From: Candidatus Nitrospinota bacterium M3_3B_026
GTDB taxonomy: Bacteria > Nitrospinota_A > UBA7883 > JBPRGF01
Assembly (NCBI GenBank): GCA_051418015.1
Contig: JBPRGF010000029.1
Coordinates: forward strand, 96,001-160,000
Direction of reading: 5' to 3'
Length of the DNA stretch: 64,000 bases
Of this stretch, positions 57,259 to 64,000 are shown piece by piece. A program made the translations under genes and the position numbers. Under the pieces are notes generated by a model that saw only the letters and a list, made by a program, of their open reading frames with translations, searched no databases and had not been told where the DNA came from. Each line of letters opens with the position of its first letter. Position 1 is the stretch's first letter.

Positions 57259-58710
57259 TCAGCGCGCGGAACACCGCTGGTCTTGAGAACTCGCCGATTC
57301 CTCGGGCTGATCGATGTAAACCAGGCTGTTGTTTGGCGCGCATATTTCGGTGATCCCGTATCTGTAAAGTTCGATGAAACGCTCGTAAGGGACATCGCTG
57401 AAAACACGGTTGGGCGAAAGCGGGGCGTTCGTGTCCGAGATCATGCCCCAATAGTCGGGGCCGGAAGGGTCGAGCCTGCCTTCCGCCACCAACCGCTTAT
57501 TTATTCTTGTCCCAGGTAGAGGCAAAAGCACGTTAAGGCCGCTGAACAACCTGTTTCTTCTGATGAAATCGAAAGTGAGATGAATATCCTCCTCGGTCTC
57601 GCCAGGGACGCCCATAATGAACGCTGATATCGGACGGATGCCGTTGGCTTCGAGCGCGTCGACGGCCTCCTGGTTTTTATGGGCCGGGGTGCGCTTGTTG
57701 AGGGTGTCCAGTACCTTTTGCGAAGCGGACTCGAACCCAAAGTTAAGCCCGACACAGCCAGCCTCACGCATCTTCGGGAGAAGGTCGTACGGGAGGTCGT
57801 CCGCGGAGGCGCAGGCGATCCATTTAACATCTTTGTTTACCCCGCTCGATATGAACGCGTCGAGAACCTCCCTCGTTCTCGTCTTCCAGACGGGGAAGTT
57901 TATGTCGTAGAAAAACAAGCCCGTCAAACCATAATCCAGTATCAACCTCTCCACCCGCGCGAGAACGTCGGGCGCGCTCTGAAAAGCAAGGCGCGGCTCC
58001 ATTATCTTCGACGCGCAAAAGTCGCAACTTTTATTGCATCCACGGGCTGTCATGATGGATGTCAGATGGTTGAAATAAAACCCCACTATCCCCCGGCCCG
58101 CCTTAAAATAATACTCTGTGTCCATCAGGTCCCGCGCCACGTCAGGCCAGGAAAGCCTTTTCCAGTTGACGGGTCTTTCGGGGGTGAGGACGACGGCCGG
58201 GTTTTCATCTCCAGTGGTTCGTTTGTCGGCCCTGAAAGCTATCCCGGGTATTTTGTCCCATGGAGCCCCGCCGAGCAGGTCGCCCATCGCCTCTTCGCCA
58301 AATCCGCGAACGGCGATGTCCGTCTCCGGGATATCCTTGAAGATCGAAACAGGCTCGCAGGTGGGATGATACCCGCCCATGACTACTGTGACATCTCCCC
58401 CCAGGGATTCTCTTATCAGGCCCACGGTGAGGCGGGCGTCCTTCATCTGGCAGGTCATCAGCGTGACACCGGCGATGTGTGGAGAGAATGCGGCGAGCCG
58501 CCGCCGCGTCCACTCGTTCAGGGCCGTGAGCCTCGTTTCCTCGGGGATGTCGCTGAGTCCGTGGTAGTACTTGGCGTTCCTGTCTATGAAGATCACATCG
58601 TGGCCGCTCTGGCGTGAAAAGCCGGCGATGGCAAGGAGGCCCAGAGGGGGCATGGACATCGCGTCGTAATGAAAGTGACCGCTCAAAGGATTGATCAAAG
58701 CCAGTCTCAT
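57259..58710 (-). CDS. B12-binding radical SAM enzyme (class B methylase-like)
   Basis: MRLALINP, PPLGLL, MGGYHPT, RGFGE, ARGCNKSCDFC, FGFES, GVPGET, PLPGT. Confidence 0.9.
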   Translation of the reverse strand: MRLALINPLSGHFHYDAMSMPPLGLLAIAGFSRQSGHDVIFIDRNAKYYHGLSDIPEETRLTALNEWTRRRLAAFSPHIAGVTLMTCQMKDARLTVGLIRESLGGDVTVVMGGYHPTCEPVSIFKDIPETDIAVRGFGEEAMGDLLGGAPWDKIPGIAFRADKRTTGDENPAVVLTPERPVNWKRLSWPDVARDLMDTEYYFKAGRGIVGFYFNHLTSIMTARGCNKSCDFCASKIMEPRLAFQSAPDVLARVERLILDYGLTGLFFYDINFPVWKTRTREVLDAFISSGVNKDVKWIACASADDLPYDLLPKMREAGCVGLNFGFESASQKVLDTLNKRTPAHKNQEAVDALEANGIRPISAFIMGVPGETEEDIHLTFDFIRRNRLFSGLNVLLPLPGTRINKRLVAEGRLDPSGPDYWGMISDTNAPLSPNRVFSDVPYERFIELYRYGITEICAPNNSLVYIDQPEESASSQDQRCSAR

Positions 58711-58724
58711 ATCACCGCCCACTG

Positions 58725-59624
58725 TCAAAGCCGAGCCAGGTTTGCTGGTCTTCCCGTCGCGCTGGCCCTGTTCCAGGGGTAAGCCGGTTCGGGATAAAGC
58801 CTACGCGCAAGGCCGCCCGCCCGGCGGCTCAGAGTATCGAGCTGAGGCTCGGTCCACTCAGAGATATCTTTGATCTTGATCTCTTTTGACCATGGGTTCA
58901 GATGGCGGTCATCGCCGAGGCCCGGCGAGGCGTTCACCCTGACGCCGAGCGTGTCTTCTATGTTGCGCCGGTGTTTCTTGTAACCTTCGATGCCTAAAAA
59001 AAGATACAGGTCTTTCACCGACGCTGAATCCAAGTTTTCTATTCGCTGAATCCGCCACATCCGTTTTGGGATGGAGTCAAAAAAATCCAGGACAAACCCG
59101 TTAACCATGTTTCAGTACCAAAGACACTTGTCAAAAGGGGTCATGGAATCCCACGCGCGCCCGATCTCGCTCGCTTTCGGGGGCCGGACATGCTCCAGGC
59201 CATGAGGGTGCGTATCGTCGAAGAAACCGCGCGCCAGGGCGCTCGCCACGAAGGTGTCTGGCCTCCTGACCAGAAGGACGAATTTCACCCTGTCCCCGCC
59301 GAATTCTCTGAAAATTTCGGGAAAAAGAAAATAAAGATGTCCGGAGCATTCCCCGTAACTCAGGCCGTTTGCGTTGCTCTCCTCCACCAGCGGTCTGGTG
59401 GATCGTCCCACTTCCTTGTGAAACAGGCTCATGCTTCCCGCGTGATAAGCCTCTTTCATCAGATCCGTCCGCACCGAACGCTCATGGACGCAACGGGTGT
59501 TCTCCCCGAAAGAGAGAAGGCGGGATAATAACATCGTGCCGCACCGGCCCGTGCCGGTAACGAAATAAGCGCCATGGCTTTCTGGGCAATCGGTCATATC
59601 CTTCCCATGCTCACGTCTTTTCAC
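58725..59624 (-). pseudogene. Sulfotransferase-like gene interrupted by one in-frame TGA at 59112-59114
   Basis: GTGRCGT and LVRRP motifs; ...TGG TAC TGA AAC ATG GTT... continues in frame into ORF 58725-59108. Confidence 0.7.
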
Positions 59625-59784
59625 CCTTCTCGCGGGCGCGAGTGTTTTTCCCTGGCCGGCGGGGCAGGGTGTTGAGGAGCGCGCGTAAACAGACGGGCCG
59701 ATTCGCCGCCAGCCGCCCCGTCAACATCATCATATCGGCTTTTTGTGTTTTATTCTTTACCACGGCCACGCCGCGATAAAGGCG

Positions 59785-62730
59785 TCACGGCCCTTGCGAG
59801 CTGAACACGTGAGCCAGGCTGTTTTCAGGGTCGCACATCACAATACCGCCGCCAGATGAGTCCGGGCGCGCCGAGATCGACAAGAGCCTCGTCGAGACCT
59901 GGGCCAGCGGATACTCGTCCTCCCCCTGCGACACCGAAACGAGCCGCCACAGAAGCTCCCCGCCTCCACCGAAGGCCCACAGCCCCTCCGGCGACGCCAC
60001 GTAAAGGACGCCGCTTATGTCCACGGCGCAGCCAAGCGGGGTGGAAATATAGCCGGACTCAAAAAACCACCCTCTGCTCTCCCTGAGGCTGCGGCGATAG
60101 ACGATGTTTTCGGCCACGGCCGCCGCAACGAACTCACCATCGTTCACCATCGCCATGTTGAAGCCGATCTCCGGGATGTCCAATCTTTCTCCCCCTCGCA
60201 GGTCACGCGGAACCAGCCACGCCTGTTTGTTGAAGAAGTCGGTCACGACAAACCCCCGCTCTCCGGCGGAGGCGATCCTGTGCGGCGTGGGCGGCAGCGC
60301 GGCCCCCTCGGGGATGGGGCGAGCCTCGCCCGAGTCGATGTCGAGTATCTCCACCGCTATGTCCCTGTCCCCTCTTGAGGGATCTTTCCGGCGCGCTACG
60401 ATCAGCCTTCCAGGCTTGTAAACATCCGTCCCGGTGATCGTGACGCCGCTTTTCAACAGGGCGATGCTCTCTTCATCCGTGTCATAGATTAAAAGCTCCC
60501 TGCGCCATATGTCGTTTATGACAAGCTTTCCCGGAGACACCGGAAGCGCCATGAACGGCTTTACGGGCCTGCCAGTCACGGGATGAATCGGCTTTATGGT
60601 CCGGACGTACCGCAACGCTCCGCCCGCGGGCGGCGTCTTCCCGCCGAGGCTCTCCGCGACGCTTTGTCCGGCGGCCAACGACACGGTGACGGGAGGCTCT
60701 TCCAGTATTTTCTGCCCCGTCTTGACGCTCCTCCATAGAGGGGCCAGGCCGGGCTCTTCTTTCGCCTTCTCGCCGTACTTTTCGATGATGGCGCGGGATT
60801 TCTCCACCTCCCCGGCCATCTGGTAGAGGCGCGCGAGGTAATATGCCGTCTCAGGATTCGCCTCCCTGGCCAGCTCTTCGTCAAGGAGCGCCGCCCCTTC
60901 CCGCGCCTGCCCCAGCTTTTCATAGACACGGCAGAGGTTATCCAGGTAGTACTTTTTCGCGGAGTCGTTCCTTCTCAGCCCGGCGCTGAAAAAAATCTTC
61001 GCCTTCTCGTAGTCCTCCCAGTGGAAAAGGAGCTCGCCGAGAGCGCCTACGACCCTGGACGGAAGCCATGTGACATCCTTCCGGACAGTCACCAGCGCCG
61101 CCGGGAGGAACAGCCCTTCGAGGCCGAGCTCCTCCGGGTCCTCGCCGAGCTTCACCAGGGCCTTGCCAAGAAGCGACAGATGCTCATACAAGAAAAGATA
61201 GGCCGCCACAGCGGCCGACGCCCAGGCCATATCCATGCCTTCCGGCTTGCCGACCCGCTCCCGGATCATGGAAAGCACGCTCTCCAGGTCCCGTTTTCTC
61301 AGGGCGTATTCGCTCTTCAGCGTCTCAGAAAGACGCGCGGCCGTCTTGCCGAAATTCTTTTCCGCGAAGTCGCTGGGCCAGGCCGTGAGCGCCGCGATGG
61401 CCCGCGCCATGGCCGCGGCGAGCGCTTTTCTGTAAAAAACCTGACGCCTGCCGATCTGGGTGGACTTCAATCTCGCCAGCCCAAGGGCTTTCCGGGCCTG
61501 CTCCTTGACCGCCTCGTCAGCGGGGGAGGTCACCACCATGTAAGCCTGGAAAAGCTCCGGGACAATCCCGCCGTATTCGCCTTCAAGCTCGTTGAGGCGG
61601 GAGGCGGAGTATGTCATGGCCTCCATGCTCGCATCCTCGTACCATTTGACCACCCCGGCCGCTTCAGGGCCTTCCGGCATGGCTTCGATCCGCCGCAGCC
61701 AGTGAGCCCCGTCACGCAGCGTCCACCGGGAAAGCTCTTCATCCGAGCGCGCCTCAAAAGCCTTCGGCTGCTCCACGCCCCCGCCGTCCGGGCGCGGGAT
61801 GGATATCCGCATGATGCGGCCCGCCCGCCCGTCGGCGGCCAGGATCGAGAACCTCTCGCCGCCGGCGTTGTCCAAGCATACGGCCAAAGGCTCCGGCCCC
61901 TCGCCCGCGCTGAGAGTCAGCAGGCGCTCGATCCACGGCCTTTTCAGGGAGAACAGCAGAAAACGCCCGTAGAACGATCCGGCGATGGCGAACTCGCCGT
62001 CCAGCATCGTCACGCTGACCGGGTGGAAGCCGCTGTCAAGGGGTGAGGTATAAACAAAGTCGATCTGGCGCCCTTCGCCGGATACCAGGCAAAGCCTCCG
62101 GTTGTTCGTGTCCGCCACGAGGATGTTTTTGTCTTTAGTCAGGGCGAATGCCTGCGGGTAGCTGTATCCGGCGGGTGGGGGCAGGATACCCTCCGTGGGG
62201 AAAAAGACCTCCGCCGGATCGTTTTTCCTGTTCTCTTCTTCCGTTGTCATATGACGGCCGTGGATTCTGAGCGGGCTCCCGGCGGCGTCCACAAGCTTGA
62301 CCCTGTTGTTGCCGCGGTCCAGGACCCACAACAGCCCATTCTCCGCCGCAGCCACGCCCACGGGCTCGTTGAGCTCATTGGGGCCTGAGCCTATAGCGCC
62401 GAAGGAGCCCTCAAAGCCGCCGTCCAGGCTGAAAAGCTGAATGCGGTGGTTCCAGGAGTCGCACACCGCCAGCCTCGCCCCGTCCCCGTAATCCACGATC
62501 GCCAGCCCCCGGGGATACCAGAACTTTCCGGGGTCTATGCCTTTGCCGCCGAGGGAGAAGACCACTTCCCCGTTGTTTTCAAGGGCGAGGACGCGGTGGT
62601 TGAACTCGTCGGACAAAAATATCCTCCCACCGGGGCCTTTGATGATGGTGTGGACGTGGGACAGAGGGGGGCTGGGGACGTTTCTTACCGGGATATCTTC
62701 CACCACTTCGCTTTCAGCGGGGGCCTTCAC
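59785..62730 (-). CDS. NHL-repeat beta-propeller / TPR multidomain protein
   Basis: SDEFNHRV, CDSWNHRIQ, LDRGNNRV, ADTNNRR repeats; helical/TPR centre; second propeller-like C-terminus. Confidence 0.8.
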   Translation of the reverse strand: MKAPAESEVVEDIPVRNVPSPPLSHVHTIIKGPGGRIFLSDEFNHRVLALENNGEVVFSLGGKGIDPGKFWYPRGLAIVDYGDGARLAVCDSWNHRIQLFSLDGGFEGSFGAIGSGPNELNEPVGVAAAENGLLWVLDRGNNRVKLVDAAGSPLRIHGRHMTTEEENRKNDPAEVFFPTEGILPPPAGYSYPQAFALTKDKNILVADTNNRRLCLVSGEGRQIDFVYTSPLDSGFHPVSVTMLDGEFAIAGSFYGRFLLFSLKRPWIERLLTLSAGEGPEPLAVCLDNAGGERFSILAADGRAGRIMRISIPRPDGGGVEQPKAFEARSDEELSRWTLRDGAHWLRRIEAMPEGPEAAGVVKWYEDASMEAMTYSASRLNELEGEYGGIVPELFQAYMVVTSPADEAVKEQARKALGLARLKSTQIGRRQVFYRKALAAAMARAIAALTAWPSDFAEKNFGKTAARLSETLKSEYALRKRDLESVLSMIRERVGKPEGMDMAWASAAVAAYLFLYEHLSLLGKALVKLGEDPEELGLEGLFLPAALVTVRKDVTWLPSRVVGALGELLFHWEDYEKAKIFFSAGLRRNDSAKKYYLDNLCRVYEKLGQAREGAALLDEELAREANPETAYYLARLYQMAGEVEKSRAIIEKYGEKAKEEPGLAPLWRSVKTGQKILEEPPVTVSLAAGQSVAESLGGKTPPAGGALRYVRTIKPIHPVTGRPVKPFMALPVSPGKLVINDIWRRELLIYDTDEESIALLKSGVTITGTDVYKPGRLIVARRKDPSRGDRDIAVEILDIDSGEARPIPEGAALPPTPHRIASAGERGFVVTDFFNKQAWLVPRDLRGGERLDIPEIGFNMAMVNDGEFVAAAVAENIVYRRSLRESRGWFFESGYISTPLGCAVDISGVLYVASPEGLWAFGGGGELLWRLVSVSQGEDEYPLAQVSTRLLSISARPDSSGGGIVMCDPENSLAHVFSSQGP

Positions 62731-62852
62731 GAAACCGCTCCAAATCGCCGCCGGGCGGGAAAATAAGCCTTAGCGAGGTTTATGATTATAATCAATTGTA
62801 CTTTTCGCCCTTTTTCTGTTCAAGCGCGCGATTTTAATTCTATCATGCGGGC

Positions 62853-63563
62853 ATGATCTATTTTTTCTGTGGAGCGCCGAAGAACGGAAGCCATTTCCAG
62901 ATGTGGATTGTCCAGAAAAGCCTGGACCAGCTCGGTGAGGCATACGAATACCTTGGCAGCGGCCCTTTCCACGAGGCAGGGTTCGAAAACGGGATAAAGC
63001 TTCTAAGAGAAATCGACGCGGACACCGGCGAAAGATACATCTGCAAGGGCCACTGGGGCGAAGCCGGGGAACGGGACGCTCTCCTTTCGGTCGAAAACAT
63101 AAAAATATTTCTCATCTGGCGCGAAATCCGGGACGCGCTGGTCTCTCAATACTATTTCAACATGCGCCATCACAAACGGCCGTACAGGGACTTCGACGAG
63201 TTCTACTGGAGGCACGGGCGCCCCTACCTCCTGAAAAACCAGGTCGAATACAGGCGTGTGTGGGGAGAGGCGGACGACCCGCGAATCGTTCATACAAGCT
63301 ACACGCGGCTCAAAACGGATTTCGACGGCGAAGCGTCGAGGTTGCTCGCCGCCGCGGGGATTCGCGGCGTGGACATGGAGGACCTGAAACGGAGGCTTTC
63401 CCTGGACCGCCTCAGGAAAGAGATAAACGACGCGGAAGGGGTCATGATAAGAAAAGGCGCCCTGGGCGAGCACAGGGAGGTAATACGGTCGGAGGAGATC
63501 CTGCGGGATATTAACGAAGTAGAGAAAACGATATCCAGGGAGCCAGTCATACCCTTGAGATAG
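62853..63563 (+). CDS. Sulfotransferase-domain protein
   Basis: GAPKNGS, CKGH, WREIRDALVSQY, SY..LK, IRKG..G. Confidence 0.85.
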   Translation: MIYFFCGAPKNGSHFQMWIVQKSLDQLGEAYEYLGSGPFHEAGFENGIKLLREIDADTGERYICKGHWGEAGERDALLSVENIKIFLIWREIRDALVSQYYFNMRHHKRPYRDFDEFYWRHGRPYLLKNQVEYRRVWGEADDPRIVHTSYTRLKTDFDGEASRLLAAAGIRGVDMEDLKRRLSLDRLRKEINDAEGVMIRKGALGEHREVIRSEEILRDINEVEKTISREPVIPLR

Positions 63564-64000
63564 GCCCCTTCGCGTAAAAAGCGTCTTTAGCTGACCCCCC
63601 CACCAAAACGTTCCCCGCTATCCAGCGGATGGCGGGGACGCAGACGGCGTCGCCGAAGGCGAACATGCCCGCGTTCTGGCTTTGTGGCAGCCTGAAACCT
63701 TCCGGCGCGCCCTGCAGCCTGCCGTATTCGCGGGCGGTCATGTTCCGCGCCATGATCTCCCCCCGCCCCAGCGCAAGCAACATCTGGCGGGAAGAGCCGC
63801 CTCTCGGCGTCCGCAGGCATCCGGCCAGGCCGTCGAACCGCGGCTCCACCATCGGCCTGCCCGCCCTCACCCGCCGGAACGCGGCGGCGTAGACGATCTT
63901 GCCGCCGGCCATCGCCTCGCGCGCCAGGGCGGCGTTTTTCTCGTTCATGCCGTCGAGCAGTTTTTCAGCCTGATATTTGTCCCACCAGGCCGCGTTTCCG
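63547..64000 (-). CDS. DNA (cytosine-5)-methyltransferase, C-terminal part (gene extends beyond the window)
   Basis: CLRT..GGSSRQ, RNMTAREYGRLQG.P..F (motif IX), FGDAVCVP (motif X). Confidence 0.8.
   Translation of the reverse strand, partial: GNAAWWDKYQAEKLLDGMNEKNAALAREAMAGGKIVYAAAFRRVRAGRPMVEPRFDGLAGCLRTPRGGSSRQMLLALGRGEIMARNMTAREYGRLQGAPEGFRLPQSQNAGMFAFGDAVCVPAIRWIAGNVLVGGSAKDAFYAKGPISRV

Noticed and set aside
59112..59114. Selenocysteine or alternative genetic code at the in-frame TGA
   Set aside because: Not a Cys-type catalytic context, and TGA is demonstrably used as a stop throughout the window

Overview
GC-rich (visibly >60%) chromosomal window from a diderm bacterium; the taxon cannot be fixed from the sequence alone. 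Housekeeping genes include an RND pump (5'-truncated), ftsK, the phoH/7TM-HD/ybeY operon, ubiE/menG, an htrA-like protease, glnD, truA, uvrA and glnB. Four accessory modules are embedded among them. (1) An RpiR-headed bacterial microcompartment operon (16.0-23.7 kb) encodes 1 BMC-H, 2 BMC-T, 3 BMC-P, an aldehyde dehydrogenase and a class II aldolase (both with encapsulation peptides) and a PduS/PduT-like Fe-S pair. It resembles the functionally unresolved Haliangium ochraceum shell system and has no signature enzyme. (2) A membrane-bound group-1 [NiFe]-hydrogenase operon (32.6-38.6 kb) has two cytochrome b genes and a Cys-to-Asp change in the proximal cluster motif, and lies downstream of a heme-c chemoreceptor. 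(3) A ~21 kb glycan-tailoring region (42.6-63.6 kb) holds four radical SAM enzymes, TPR-fused glycosyltransferases, methyltransferases and three sulfotransferase-like domains, one split by an in-frame TGA. (4) An AT-rich HEPN-motif gene lies between a tandem-domain methylglyoxal synthase and a MITE-like element. Intergenic regions carry two families of palindromic REP-like repeats. No tRNA, rRNA, CRISPR array or transposase was seen.
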